A DNA stretch of 64,000 nucleotides from Selaginella moellendorffii (taxonomy: Eukaryota > Plantae > Lycopodiophyta): the NCBI RefSeq assembly GCF_000143415.4, contig NW_003314295.1:1285923-1349922 (forward strand), given 5' to 3'. The position numbers and the translations under genes were made by a program. The notes under the pieces were generated by a model. It was not told the origin of the DNA. It did no database searches and was given only the letters and a program-made list of their open reading frames with translations. The stretch's first letter is position 1; the number at the start of each line of letters is the position of its first letter. Below are positions 44,945 to 56,749 of the stretch, piece after piece.

Positions 44945-46273
44945 ATCGATCCCCTCGCTCGATCTTTTGGATCCAATTCGCAGATCTAGTGCGACTTTCT
45001 TTCCTTCACCTGATGATCTTGGCTAGATGCTTCTCTCCAGACATAGTAATGTCTTCTCGAGCTTATAGTACAAAGGATTCATACAAGACACATGAAGAGA
45101 TCTTTAAGGACACTACGGGGGAGAGAAACAGGGTTCGCCTTTGAATGCACTTATACCCGGAGCTTGCACCCTCGTGGGAAACTGCCGACTCCCCAGCATC
45201 CTGGAAGTGACACTCATGGAAATTGCCCGGCTCGTGCCTATACGACCCGGCTTCAATACAAATTCTAGGTTGTCGGTATTTTTTAATCCACGTGTCGCAG
45301 GGTGGCATGGCATCAAATTGGAGCATCAATCAGGCAGCAATACATGGCTCACTCTTCTCGAGAGGAAGAAGAAGATCTTTCGCTTGGGAGCTTGTCATTG
45401 AAGCATAAAAAGGGAAGACTCGATTTATTTTACACGTCAAAGTCGCGATTGCCGGTGGTCATGAGACGTTTAGGGGCTGTAACAGAGGTTTGCCCGGTCA
45501 GTGTTGGCATGCTCTTTGTCCTTATGACCAGATTTTTCTCGCAATTTTCCCATCACGTGGACACGAGGAAAACTTGACGGAAATTGATAATTTAGGTAAT
45601 TGACAAATCGACAAAAAGAGAAGCGAATTCAAAAAGGATCGAGTGGAATATTCTGTTCTTGGCGGGCGTTTTTGTTTTCTATCACTACTTTGTAGACGCA
45701 CTTGGACGTTTGCTAAATGCAATTTTTTCTTCCCCTAGCACGGCTCGTCAAAGATTCCAAGATTCCAGAAATTGACCGAGCGCCCAAACACGAGTTTATG
45801 AACATTTTGTGCCAGGATGATGACGTGTCAAAATACACCTCCGAACGACGTAACACCACCCGATTCTTCTTTCTCGGCTCGAATTGGCCGTGAGGTTGTG
45901 CGCGGACGCACAGATCAATCAGGTTTTCTCGCCTTTGATCGAGCATGGATTAGCTGCCGATCAAGAATTCTGGCTGTCGCCTGTTAGGCGGTAGAGAGCG
46001 CGCAGTGCTAAGCCTTGAATCTCTCCTCTCTAATAGAGACCTCTATCCTCCTTTTGTGCCCGATCATGGGCCTTGGAAATACAATTGGATGTGTCGGGAG
46101 CTGCAAATCCGTGGCAGTGACAGAGGGAGTGTTGCCACGATCCACCCGAGAAGTTAAACGCACTTTCAATCCAGTGGCAACTACCTTGCTTGCCAAGTCC
46201 CCAGTTTTCGGAAGGTATATTCTAACACGTCATCGTCCTACGTGGTCCCACGTGGCACAGGATGATACCGCCG

Positions 46274-48208
46274 TCACCATCCGGCCGTGGCGTACCTGGG
46301 CCGATCTGGGAGCGAGCTAGGCAGCTCCATATCTCCCTGGAGCATCGCGAGCGCGTGGCCAATCCCGATCCTCACGCCCACCAGCGGGTGAGCGCACAGC
46401 AGCGCCACCACCACGAACCTCTCCATGACGCTCCACGGCCCCGCGTTTCTCACCCTCTCGTCCACCACCTCGATGCTCTGGCCGCGCCGGACCAGCTCCC
46501 ACGCCCAGTCCGCTACGTGAACCTGTTCGTCCCTGGCGCTGGCAACTTCTCCCTCCAGTTTTTCTCGCGAGCTTCTCGCCTCGGGTGCGTGAAACATCGG
46601 CCTTCGCCCGCTGAGCAGCAGCAGCATCACCATCCCGAACCCGTAAACGTCCGACTTTGGCGTCAGGTGGCCGTAGAGAGCGTACTCCGGTGCCACGAAG
46701 AATGGCGTCCCGGCCACCGAGGTGGCGCTTTTCCGTGGTGGTGTGTCTGCTGGGGCCGGGACTCCGGCCGCTGGTACCGCTTTCACCAGGCCAAAGTCGG
46801 CCAGCCGCGCGTTGAGGCCCGAGTCGAGTAGGATGTTGCTCGGTTTTATGTCCCGGTGGATGACCCCTGGCTGCAGCTCGTTGTGGAGGTAATTGATCGC
46901 GATGGCAATGTCCACGGCGACCTTCCTTCGCAGCGGCCACGACAAGAACCTGCTGCCAAAGAGCGCGTTGTCGAGGTTGCCGTTTGGCATGTAGTCGTAG
47001 ACGACCATGATCCTGCTCTGCTGGTTCAGGAGTAGCCCCTGCTTCGCGTCGGAGATCGCACAGCCCCGCAGCTGCACCAGCGTTTTGTGCTTAAAGCTGT
47101 TGACGAGTTTCATCTGCTCCAGGAATTTCTTCTCGTCGTCGTCGTAAAAGTCGTGCAGGCAGCTCTGTTTCATGACCTTGACGGCAACCTCACCTCGTCT
47201 CCGGAGAACACCCCTGTATACTCGGCCAGAGGCTCCCTCCCCGACCAACTTACTGTGCGAGAAATTGTTGGTAGCCGCTTTCAGATCCTTCGCCTTGAAA
47301 ACCACCAGCCCGGTATTTGGCAAAAGGTTTGCGAGCTTCAAACCGTTGCTGGCGGTGTAGGTTGGTCCGAGCTCTGATAAAAGAACGTCCTCCATTGCCC
47401 TGTTCTTGGTGTACAACTTCCAAATGATGCCACCTATAACGATCAGGAAAACCACGCTTGCTCCAGTAAGCACCACCGGCAAGACTATTCTCAAACTGCG
47501 GCTTGAAGAGCCGCCTGTGGCAAGCGTGCCGGCGATGTTTATCCCCAGCAAGCACTCCACTGTCGAAGGTTCCGATGGACCTCGATCGTTTATCACCCCT
47601 GCTGCGTAAAGGACTGTGAAGTACAGGCACTCCAGTCGACCCGGAGAAATGCTGTTCAGCGTCCTCACCACCTCTTCCGCATCGGCTACGCAGCTCTGGC
47701 AAGCAGCACCACTGGATAAATCCCCACGGCACGAAATGTCCATGGGAGTCTGTCCCACTACTCTGTCCCAGTCGGCCGTCGTGGTTATCCCAGCACAGAG
47801 ATCCGGACTTTGAATGAAGCGCGATGGACTTTCATATGGGACTGGGAAGCAGGTGCTCACGAAGTTCTGCTGCACATTGTTTATCGTAAGGTTGGATTGG
47901 AAGTCGGCTAAGCAGGCAGTTGCGGTGGCGTTGTCCCTGAACTCAAATCCACCTGTAGTCTTGAGATTCTCGGCTAGAGCGATACCCAATGAGTTGAGCA
48001 GAGCGGAGCAGCAGACGGTCACGTTGGTCTGGAGGTTGGTCTGATCGCACGAACGCAGAGTCGACGGGAATTTGCTGAGATAGTCGAATCCCACGGGGCA
48101 AGAGGCCTGAGCTGCAGCAGCAGCTATAAACATCGTCGCTGTCACCATAACTAAGGCCGCTACTGGTTGAAAGAACTTACATGCTCGACGATCCCTTCTC
48201 AACGCCAT
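46274..48208 (-). CDS. Receptor-like kinase with Cys-rich SPARK-type ectodomain, intronless
   Basis: Signal peptide, CPVGFDYL..CC..LL.SLGIALA..L..TG.F...ACL.DFQ..L, CAGI.T..D, SCRGDL..C.SC, CLYFTVLYAAGV.N..GP, TM segment, kinase GEGASG/VAVK/HRDIKPSN/DFG/APE. Start codon could be 48148. Confidence 0.9.
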   Translation of the reverse strand: MALRRDRRACKFFQPVAALVMVTATMFIAAAAAQASCPVGFDYLSKFPSTLRSCDQTNLQTNVTVCCSALLNSLGIALAENLKTTGGFEFRDNATATACLADFQSNLTINNVQQNFVSTCFPVPYESPSRFIQSPDLCAGITTTADWDRVVGQTPMDISCRGDLSSGAACQSCVADAEEVVRTLNSISPGRLECLYFTVLYAAGVINDRGPSEPSTVECLLGINIAGTLATGGSSSRSLRIVLPVVLTGASVVFLIVIGGIIWKLYTKNRAMEDVLLSELGPTYTASNGLKLANLLPNTGLVVFKAKDLKAATNNFSHSKLVGEGASGRVYRGVLRRRGEVAVKVMKQSCLHDFYDDDEKKFLEQMKLVNSFKHKTLVQLRGCAISDAKQGLLLNQQSRIMVVYDYMPNGNLDNALFGSRFLSWPLRRKVAVDIAIAINYLHNELQPGVIHRDIKPSNILLDSGLNARLADFGLVKAVPAAGVPAPADTPPRKSATSVAGTPFFVAPEYALYGHLTPKSDVYGFGMVMLLLLSGRRPMFHAPEARSSREKLEGEVASARDEQVHVADWAWELVRRGQSIEVVDERVRNAGPWSVMERFVVVALLCAHPLVGVRIGIGHALAMLQGDMELPSSLPDRPRYATAGW

Positions 48209-48495
48209 CACCAGGCAAACACAGAAGCAAGAATATGCTTGTATATGCTCGCTGCCTAGTTGAATAGAGAGGTGAGAAAGACGTATCCAAGGGAACAAAA
48301 TAGCTCACCAAGTTTGAATAAAAAAACTCGGTTTGCGTAAATTACAAACAAAACTCCACGAGCTTTTGGTGATTCGCCATCCAAACACGAAAGCGACGCT
48401 CCACAGTGCGCGTCCTGCCAAGAAAGCAGAAAGTAGATTGAGTTCACGTTTCAAAATGATCGTTTTGGAACTCACCAAATTGTCGCCTCTGTGCC

Positions 48496-50973
48496 TCAGA
48501 TAGATTCGACTTGGACCGTCAAATCTGTGATCCCAGCTTTGTTGAGCAGCCGTGCAACTTTGTCTCGAACTCCATTTTTGTCAGCCGTGTAAGCGTGCAA
48601 GTGCAAGCTTCCTACGATTTCGCTGTTTGTGCAGCTCCACACGTGCATCCGCTCGAATCCAGCAACACCTTCGACGTGCCGGATCCGCTCCAGCGCCTCG
48701 TGCAGCCGTTTCTCAACCGATCTGGGTGTTCTTTGCAGCAAGATCTCCGCGGAGTTAGTCAGCAACGGGACCGCGGAGACGATGATCATGGCCGAGATGA
48801 AAATGGAGCACGCTGGATCCGTGAGCATCCATCCCTTGTACTGTATCAAGACGGTAGAGATCACCACCCCGACGCTGCCCAGTGTGTCCGCTAGGACGTG
48901 CAAGAAAATCCCCCGCATGTTGTGATCAATGTGGTGGTGGTGATGGTGGTGATGATGGTCATGCTCGTTCTCGTGCTGCTCGTCCTCCTCTTTGCGATGG
49001 TCATGCTGGTGATGACCGTCGAGGTGATTGTGGACGTGGTTCGCTTGGTGGCGATGGTGGTGGTGGTGGTGGCTGCAAGTTTCTTCATGTCTGCTTTGAT
49101 CTGGAGTCTCACTGCCCGGAGAGTGTTGCTTATGCCCGTCTTCGTGGTTGTGGTCATCGTGCGAATGATGGCTAGAATGGTGCTCGTGACCCGTGTCAGT
49201 CGAGTGTTGGTGTTCCTGATGATGTTCTTGAGAAGAATCCAAATGATGATAATGGTGCTCCTCCTCCACCTCGAGTTTGATGCTCAACTCTCTGCTCAGC
49301 TTTTTCTGACTGTGTCCATGATCACATTGATGCTGCCCGTGAGAATGGGGATGATGTGCGTGGTGGTGCTCGTCGTGAAAGAAAACGAGCCCCACGAGGT
49401 TCACGAGCAATCCTCCAACAGAAACCAGCAACAGCTTCTCCGTAGAAATCTCTGGAGGGTCCAGAATTCGTTCGATGGACTCGAGCACTATAAGGGAGCC
49501 GACCAGCACCAGCAGCACGGCGTTCGCGTAGCCCGACAGAACTTCGAAACGGCCATACCCGTAGCCGAAGACTGCGTTTGGCTGAAGCTTGGAAATGTAC
49601 GAGGCATACAGCCCGATGCCCAGTGCTGCGCAGTCGAAGAGCATATGACAGGCGTCGGAGACGAGTCCCAAACTGTTGCTCATAAAACCCGAGACGAATT
49701 CCACCACCATAAAAGTCGCGTTCATGGCCAGGAAAAACGCGATCTTCCTCGACTTTCGATCAGCTGCAATGTACCGAAGCGGGCCCTTGACGAAAGACTC
49801 CGAGGCCTCCTTTTCTGCGATGGAATCCCACGTAAAAGAGGGGCTGGTCCCAGAGGATTCCCGCACAGCAAAGAAGAAGATGGCCGAGCATGCGAGGAAT
49901 CCCAGCGGAGAAATATCCAGCCCGAACACAAGCTCCAGTAGACACGCGCAGGAAAAGGTGATGAACAAGTGCCTGGAAGTCCCTGCCGGCATTTGCAGCC
50001 TGTCCTCGAAGTAAAAGTCTCCCATGATCGATCGAGCAAGTCCGAGAACCAGCATGCTACCCGCCGGCCACAAAGCGGAAGCGTGTGCCACGAAGAAACT
50101 CTCGAGCTGGAGGAGTGCCAGAGGAAGAATGAGCAGCGTAGCGCAGATGCTAGACAGGCCATGAACACGTTTCTTGGTGATCATCCGGAGGGACGTCCGG
50201 GTTGACACGAGTTGGACGACGTAGCTCAGCAAGCCGGATAAGATTGGTATCCAAACTGGCCTGTTTCCACAGCTTGATCGGGACGTCTCTGCCGCTGCCA
50301 CCTTTCCACTGCTTGGCGGCATCAAAATCCTCAGCCTGTCCTTGATCGCCAAAGGCGAGCACGATTCCACTGTCCAGCCTTGTGATAGTAGAACAAGCCC
50401 GAGAACTGTGAGCAAAACACCACGTAGTGTTTTTCTCTTTGCGTTCTTCCCGAGAACCAATCTGCCTAGCACGGACCCCGCATAGTGACCAAGAATCGCT
50501 ATCAGCGGCCCACACGATCGCACCGCTTCCAGCTTGAGGAAGACCGAGAGTGCGAGGAGCAATCCATTGGCAGCGAGAAGAATCCACTGCGACGTAGCTA
50601 TGGACGAGCGTCGCAGGGTCCGCGCTTGCTTCTCTTGGAGGAGCGCGAAGCTGATGGAGGAGGCGAGCAAGACGAGGAATGTGAAGATCACGGTGGTGGA
50701 GGGCGACGAGGACGAAGAATGCGCTGAGAGCCACGAGTGAGCGACGTAGAGAGGCAGAGTGTGGAAGACGAGTAGCAAGAACCAGGCGGGGGCTTCCGGC
50801 GGCCTAGGGCGGGGGCGAGGCGTGGGAGAAGGCGATGGAAACGACGATGGAGGGAATGGCGATGGGGAGGGCGAGAACACCGAATGGCTGAAGGACACAG
50901 ATCGAGTAGCGCGCGGAGGTACCTTGAGAGGCGCCACTGGAGGACGATCCTGTTGGCGCTGAGGCTCCTCCAT
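48496..50973 (-). CDS. MTP12: CDF-family zinc transporter MTP12 (ZnT5-like) with long His-rich loop, intronless
   Basis: Extended N-terminal TM region, SNSLGLVSDACHMLFDC, YGYGRFEVLSGYAN, His-rich loop, HNMRGIFLHVLADTLGSVGV, DLTVQVE. Confidence 0.94.
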   Translation of the reverse strand: MEEPQRQQDRPPVAPLKVPPRATRSVSFSHSVFSPSPSPFPPSSFPSPSPTPRPRPRPPEAPAWFLLLVFHTLPLYVAHSWLSAHSSSSSPSTTVIFTFLVLLASSISFALLQEKQARTLRRSSIATSQWILLAANGLLLALSVFLKLEAVRSCGPLIAILGHYAGSVLGRLVLGKNAKRKTLRGVLLTVLGLVLLSQGWTVESCSPLAIKDRLRILMPPSSGKVAAAETSRSSCGNRPVWIPILSGLLSYVVQLVSTRTSLRMITKKRVHGLSSICATLLILPLALLQLESFFVAHASALWPAGSMLVLGLARSIMGDFYFEDRLQMPAGTSRHLFITFSCACLLELVFGLDISPLGFLACSAIFFFAVRESSGTSPSFTWDSIAEKEASESFVKGPLRYIAADRKSRKIAFFLAMNATFMVVEFVSGFMSNSLGLVSDACHMLFDCAALGIGLYASYISKLQPNAVFGYGYGRFEVLSGYANAVLLVLVGSLIVLESIERILDPPEISTEKLLLVSVGGLLVNLVGLVFFHDEHHHAHHPHSHGQHQCDHGHSQKKLSRELSIKLEVEEEHHYHHLDSSQEHHQEHQHSTDTGHEHHSSHHSHDDHNHEDGHKQHSPGSETPDQSRHEETCSHHHHHHRHQANHVHNHLDGHHQHDHRKEEDEQHENEHDHHHHHHHHHIDHNMRGIFLHVLADTLGSVGVVISTVLIQYKGWMLTDPACSIFISAMIIVSAVPLLTNSAEILLQRTPRSVEKRLHEALERIRHVEGVAGFERMHVWSCTNSEIVGSLHLHAYTADKNGVRDKVARLLNKAGITDLTVQVESI

Positions 50974-51094
50974 GGCGAAATCCCTGGATCAAGACCGAAA
51001 TATCAATGATCTTGGCGCTGCGTAATCGAGATCGCGCGCTCAGGAGGCCGCATTGGAGGGATCCGGTGCCATACTCCCTCCCCTGTCGCAAGAC

Positions 51095-51108
51095 TAGGGT
51101 TAGGGTTT
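51095..51108. promoter_or_regulatory. Telo-box (TAGGGTTAGGGTTT) in a 163-bp divergent promoter
   Basis: Reverse complement contains AAACCCTAA, between the head-to-head ATGs at 50973 and 51137. Confidence 0.6.
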
Positions 51109-51136
51109 ATGCTGGGTCAACAAGGCGAGCGAGGGA

Positions 51137-53960
51137 ATGTCGTGGCTTAGATCTGCGCTAAGCAAGGCCGCGGACAAGGCCGCGGAGGTAGGGAGCAAGA
51201 ACAATCTCAGTCGCACCGTGAAGAGCTATGCTGGCGCTGTCTATCATCAAGCAGCTGGGAGCGCAAAGATCGTCCAGGATAAATTGGTATGCCTCGATTC
51301 CTCGCGCTCTGCTAGGCAGCATTTTTTTCATTCTCTAGCGCTAGAGATTCTTGGCGTCATAGACTTGCAGCGATGGATCCTTGCGAAGAATTTGGAGCTA
51401 GTCGTCGAGCTTGCGTGTAAGTTTTCTTGCATAGGAAGAAAGAAGCTGTAACGAGTAGAGATATGCACTAAAAATCAGTGAGTTTTTTTTTGAGTTGTGA
51501 CTCACATTTTTCCTTTTTCCAGTCTGGGAGAAATCTAAACAGCTTCAAGGATGCTGTCAAGCGCCTCAACGAAGTCTCTCTCCATGCAAGAGGTGCCGAG
51601 AGGCTTCAGGCACTTGGGAGATGGCTTGCTGCACTCAAAGAAATCGACAGAGAGACTAAAAGGACGGGAAACTCGAATCCAGCGTCTCCGAGAAATTCAG
51701 AGAGCGAAGAAATGGCAACGTCGCCAAGGAAGCCTTACATGGTGAGGGATTTGATTCACTCTTTTGTTTTTGCTTGTTCTTATTGTATTCAATCTAGGCA
51801 CTGTTTTACGACATGGAGAGTGGAGGCGAGCCAATGAATTTTCGCGACGTCTTTTTGCAAAGTCGTGCTCTTGAGCACATTATTACTTCGCTGGTATGGC
51901 TCTATTCAAGTTGCTACCTTTTCATGTATGTTATTGACATGTCTTTTCAGATTCTTGAAGCTCCCCTGGACGAAGAAATTGGAGTTTTAGTCGAGATTTT
52001 CGGGTAAGCAGCTTTTATTTTGTAGTTTTGTTTATACTTAATTATTCGGGTGCAGCCTGTGTCTAGCGGGAGGACAGGAGTTGCACAACGCGTTCATAAG
52101 CAGCATTCAAGATTTGGCGAAAGCGTTCTCAACACTTTCAGAAGAAGTTGAAGTTCGGTGCTTGTGTATACTCTTTTTGGTTCTTAATGCTAAATTTTTT
52201 ACAGATAAGGAGATCAGATTTGCTCGAACTCGCACAAACAGCTGTCACTGGTTTGAAACTGAGCACGGAGGCAGAAAAGTTGATTGTTTGACTTCTTGCT
52301 TTTTATTCTGTTCTAAAGTATGAGCTCTTTGCTGTAGGCTGGACGTGGAAATGTTCTTTTTAGAGCAGAAGATGTCCGACAAACAAGGTGTGCCTTTGTC
52401 CAAAGACAGTAACGAGGTTTGCCGAGAGTTCTTATACTTACGGCTTCTTAGACTAGATTTTATAGGATGCCAACATAACCGAAGAAGTACTTGAATATGG
52501 AGCTCGTGTGAGACACTACTTACGGAGGAAAGAAGAACTCTTGCGAGCAGGAGATACTGCAAAAAGCAGAACAGAGAAAGTCTGAAGCTTTTACATATCT
52601 GCAATGAAACATTATGGTGCCACTGGTGCAGGTTCAGAAGCTTAAGGAAGTTACGGAGGGTCTGACGAGCTCAATAAGTGGAATAGAGCAAAAAATTTCG
52701 GAGAACAGGTAACTGGTATCAGTTATCTCTGCGATGCTTATGTGTGCCATGCACAGGCAACAAAAGGAGAAGGCTATCAAATACAGAGACTCTAAAGCTT
52801 CTGAAGTTGTAGAAACTGAAAAGGTCAGTAAGGCATGGCATAGTAGCATGGTTTGATTTTTCAATCTCTCTTATAGGCACTGTCTTCAGAAATTCAAGCC
52901 CTCCATAAGAGAAAAGAGCAATTGGAGGCTGAGTTGAAGGAGGTGAGTCTTCTACTTCAAAAAAGAACTGCCTAATATATGTTTGACATACAAGGTGAAT
53001 AGCGCTTTGTCTTCTGCAACCGCCCGACATATCAACACGCAGGAAGAAAAAGCTCAGTTTGACGAAGCAAGCAGTAATATTGTGGCGCATCTGTCCATAC
53101 AGGTCCAGAGCAATTGTATCTGTTTCATTGTATGACTTTCATTTTTCTAGGAAGAAGAGTTAACGAAGTCTATAGCTGCGCGGAGGGCTGAAGCAGGTGT
53201 AGCCAGCACTTGGCTAGGATTTTTGGAAGACACCTGGCTTCTCCAGTCAGCTTGTCTTGAAGAAAAGACCAAAGCTATCCAGTGAGTGGGACTAATGCAA
53301 GTATAAGCTTATAAGTTTACTTACATTATTGTGCAGGCACGATTCGCAAGAAGCAAAGCTACAGTTTCTATCGATTGCGTCAATGAATCTTTCTTACCAT
53401 CAGGTTTAGTTTACAGATCTGTGTATTTTCTAAGCTCACTTTCGAATGCAGGAGGAGATAAAGCTTTTGCTAAAGAGTCTAAAACTTATCAGCAGTGAAG
53501 ACAACGAGACAGACTCTACCATCAGGCAGAGATTCTTGGAAACTGAAAATCAGGTAGCTTAATAAGTTGACATTTCTACCTGCATTTGTAATTTACTTGC
53601 ACAGGTGATTCGTGTTCTGAAACTCATGGAGAGTTTGTCGGACGAAGTCAAAACTTTTGAAATAAAAGAAGACGGGTAATGTGCATTGGCGGAGTTTCTT
53701 TACATTCCTTCTAACTAGCACTATCCACTGGCAGGGACGAAGTAGAGAAAAAACTCCTGAAGTGTATCGGAGCCATCGATTCCTTCAAGACAGAACTCAG
53801 AGGACTGAAGCGACCAGAGCTAGAAACCGGAAAAGTTAATAGTCCAGTTTCTACAAGCCCAGAGGTGCGTGACGAAGAATCGAAAGCCGAGCCGGACGGT
53901 CAAGAGGCCGAGGCAACAGACGGCTGGGAGCTGGACACTCTAGAAGAAGCGTCCACCTGA
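51137..53960 (+). CDS. Conserved plant coiled-coil protein of unknown function, many exons
   Basis: [37 protein letters not shown]...[51 protein letters not shown]-terminal DGWELD.LE. Confidence 0.82.
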
Positions 53961-54040
53961 GAGTACGTCCTTGTAAATAATTGTTCTTCACGATTCACGC
54001 GTGTAAATAGCTTCACAGTTTCCCGAGCACGGGAGAATCT

Positions 54041-56137
54041 TCAGACGTTTAAAGTGTTGGAGAGAAGAACGTAAGAACCGGAGCTATCCTCCTCCTGGGA
54101 GTGCCGGAGGACTTGGCCGGCAATCCGATCGCCATGCTTCGAGTTTCTATGAAGATTACACGCACCGAGGAGAGATGTCCAGGGAACGCTGTTTGCTGCA
54201 AACGGCATGGTGGTGATGAGCTCCTCGGCTTCTTCCAGCCTTCCGGAGCGAGCCAGCAGATCGACCAGGCAGTGGTAGTGCTCGGCAGTGGCCGTAAGTC
54301 CGTGATCCGAGACCATCGACATGAAATACTCCCAGGCACAGCTTAGCAGTCCTGCATGGCCGCACGCCGAGAGAATGCTCGTGAAAGTCACGTCCACAGG
54401 CAAGACTCCTTCCAGTGACATGAGCTGAAACACTTGTAGAGCTTTTTCTTTGAAGCCGTTTTGCGCGTAGGCCGCCACCATTCCACTCCAAGTCACCACT
54501 GTCTTGCAAGGGATCTCGTCGAAGACCAGCCTCGCGGTGCGCAAGCTGCCACACTTTCCATACATGTTGACAATGGCGCTCAGCACGAAAGTGTCGGATC
54601 TTACGTGATGGCTGCTCCGGACGATGGAGTGGATCATCCGGGCCTCCGTGATCGTCGCAAGAACAGTGCAAGCATCGATCGCGCTGACGAAAGTTCCTTT
54701 GTCCGGACGAAGGCCCTCAAGATCCATGGCAGCGAACAACGAGATTGCCTGTTTGCATTGCTTGCCGTGGACTAGAGCGTGGATCATCGTCCCCCAAGAG
54801 ATGGAGTTCTTCTTTGGCATCGTCTCAAACAGGTGTCTTGCGGCGTCCCCTTGGCCACAGTGGGAATATCCCGCCAGCATCGCGTTCCACGACGCAGTGT
54901 CTCTTTTGGGGATGCTCTCGAACAAGGCCACCGCATCTTCCAGCTGCCCGTTCTCGGCATATGCTGTTAACATAGCGTTCCAGGAGACCACATTGCGCTC
55001 TGGCATCTTTTCAAATATTTCCTTGCACTTTGCAATATTCCTTGCCTCCGAATATGCCACTAAAAGCGTCGTCCAGGAGAACACATCCGGTTGTACCATG
55101 GAATCAAAAACAGACTGGGCTTTATCAAGATGCCCATTGTCGGCATATGCTTTGATCATAGTGTTCCACGTTACTGCGCTCCGACGTGGCATTTGGTCAA
55201 ACACATTTTTGGCATCAGTTAACCTTCCGGACTGCCCGTATGCAACGATTATAGCTGTCCAAGAAACAATGTTCTTGAAAGGATTCTCAGCAAAGAGTGT
55301 CTCGGCTTTCTCAAATTCCCCATTCTGGGCATAAGCACAAATTATCGTCGACCAAGATACCCCATCCCTTTGCGGCATTCGATCGAAGAACTCCTTTGCC
55401 AGATCGAGCTCATCATTCTGAATGCACGCTTGGATCATGCTGTTCCACGACACAACATCTCTCCGCGGCATCTCCTCGAAGGCAGAGATCGCATCGTAGA
55501 GGCGGGAGCACTGGGCAAATGCCGCGATCATCGTGTTCCAAGACACGACATTCTTGCTTGGCATTCGATCAAACAGCGCCTCCGCCTCCGCGATATGCTC
55601 GTTTTGGGCATACCCGGCGATCATCGCGTTCCAAGCCACAGTGTCGGGAAAGCGCAGGGAATCAAACATCTCTCTCGCTTTTTGCAATTGCCCTCTTTGG
55701 GTATATCCAGAGATCACAATTGTCCACGAGATACAGTCGGGATTGGGCATCTTTTCTAGAACTTTGATTGCCTCGGCGAGCTCTCCATTGTTGACGTGAG
55801 CTTGGATCATGGAGTTCCAGGCGACTGTGTTGCGGTCGGGCATTCTCTCGAATAACTCTCTCGCCTCTTGGATTCTCCCATTGCGGGTAAATGCCGCGAA
55901 CATGATGTTCCAGGAGAACTGGTTTGGGAGATCGATTCCTCGAAACACACTGCATGCTTCATCGATGCTGCCGCACTTCCCATACATTTCAATCAGCAAA
56001 TTGCTCAGAAACCTGTTGTATCTTTGCTCGCTTTCGAGGATCTCCTTGTGGACTCGCCTGCCTTTGCGCAAATCCCTCTCATGGCAGCAAGTTTTGATGA
56101 GAGAAGCATAGAGTTTTGGATCCGTGGAGACATTCAT
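54041..56137 (-). CDS. PLS-class PPR protein with E-like domain, no DYW, intronless
   Basis: 698-aa ORF of S-type repeats (WNAMIAGYAQN), TFTSILSACGHAG, HYHCLVDLLARSGRLEEAE, SYVLLSN. Confidence 0.94.
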   Translation of the reverse strand: MNVSTDPKLYASLIKTCCHERDLRKGRRVHKEILESEQRYNRFLSNLLIEMYGKCGSIDEACSVFRGIDLPNQFSWNIMFAAFTRNGRIQEARELFERMPDRNTVAWNSMIQAHVNNGELAEAIKVLEKMPNPDCISWTIVISGYTQRGQLQKAREMFDSLRFPDTVAWNAMIAGYAQNEHIAEAEALFDRMPSKNVVSWNTMIAAFAQCSRLYDAISAFEEMPRRDVVSWNSMIQACIQNDELDLAKEFFDRMPQRDGVSWSTIICAYAQNGEFEKAETLFAENPFKNIVSWTAIIVAYGQSGRLTDAKNVFDQMPRRSAVTWNTMIKAYADNGHLDKAQSVFDSMVQPDVFSWTTLLVAYSEARNIAKCKEIFEKMPERNVVSWNAMLTAYAENGQLEDAVALFESIPKRDTASWNAMLAGYSHCGQGDAARHLFETMPKKNSISWGTMIHALVHGKQCKQAISLFAAMDLEGLRPDKGTFVSAIDACTVLATITEARMIHSIVRSSHHVRSDTFVLSAIVNMYGKCGSLRTARLVFDEIPCKTVVTWSGMVAAYAQNGFKEKALQVFQLMSLEGVLPVDVTFTSILSACGHAGLLSCAWEYFMSMVSDHGLTATAEHYHCLVDLLARSGRLEEAEELITTMPFAANSVPWTSLLGACNLHRNSKHGDRIAGQVLRHSQEEDSSGSYVLLSNTLNV

Positions 56138-56261
56138 ATGGTTTAAGGCATATTGATTTTACTTGAACAAAAATCTATTGCCCGGCCTTCGTTCTAAGGA
56201 AACAAACAGACAAACGTACTTAGTGTTTTTTGACCGCCCTTGTTATTCACGAGCACGTCCT

Positions 56262-56340
56262 CTACGCACACATCGATCGAGGCCCAGAAAGTTGCAGGCT
56301 ACGACATCCCAAAGAATCCAATGCTGTTTGTGAATGTCTT
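56262..56340 (+). pseudogene. Isolated cytochrome P450 fragment
   Basis: HTSIEAQKVAGYDIPKNPMLFVNV matches the post-K-helix GYDIP..T...VN segment of plant P450s; no flanking ExxR, PERF or heme motif. Confidence 0.6.
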
Positions 56341-56512
56341 GCTTCGCTCAATCACGCCCGCTCTGATTTGCCAGCTACATAGAGACGCTACAGTTATGCA
56401 ACAAAGAAAGGGGAATGTTGTTCTACGTCAATTGCGCTGCAAGAACCGAGCCGAAAATGTCGCAGATGGATATTTCTAGTACGTAATTAAAAAAAAAAAC
56501 ATCTTATATAGT

Positions 56513-56749
56513 TCACCAAGCACAAGTGATCAAAGCGCAAAAAGAGCAACATACTTTACTGAAAGGTAAACACGGGTAAAACAATGGACCGCATAGCCGG
56601 TGTATAGCTAGAATTGTACCACACAAGTAGGAAATTGAATAGATGAAGTAATATAACTTCTTACCAGTAGTAGAATTTGTGGTGGCCCTGCTGCATTCAG
56701 CTACTAGCCACAACAGGGTAGCAATTAGTAAAATAAATATTCTCCTCAT
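56513..56749 (-). CDS. Secreted 6-Cys knottin-like peptide precursor, 59 aa (exons 56749-56665, 56607-56513)
   Basis: MRRIFILLIATLLWLVAECSRATTNSTT|AIHRLCGPLFYPCLPFSKVCCSFCALITCAW*; GTAAG...CTAG 57-nt intron; CTATAAAA about 40 bp upstream of the ATG. Confidence 0.72.
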   Translation of the reverse strand: MRRIFILLIATLLWLVAECSRATTNSTTGKKLYYFIYSISYLCGTILAIHRLCGPLFYPCLPFSKVCCSFCALITCAW

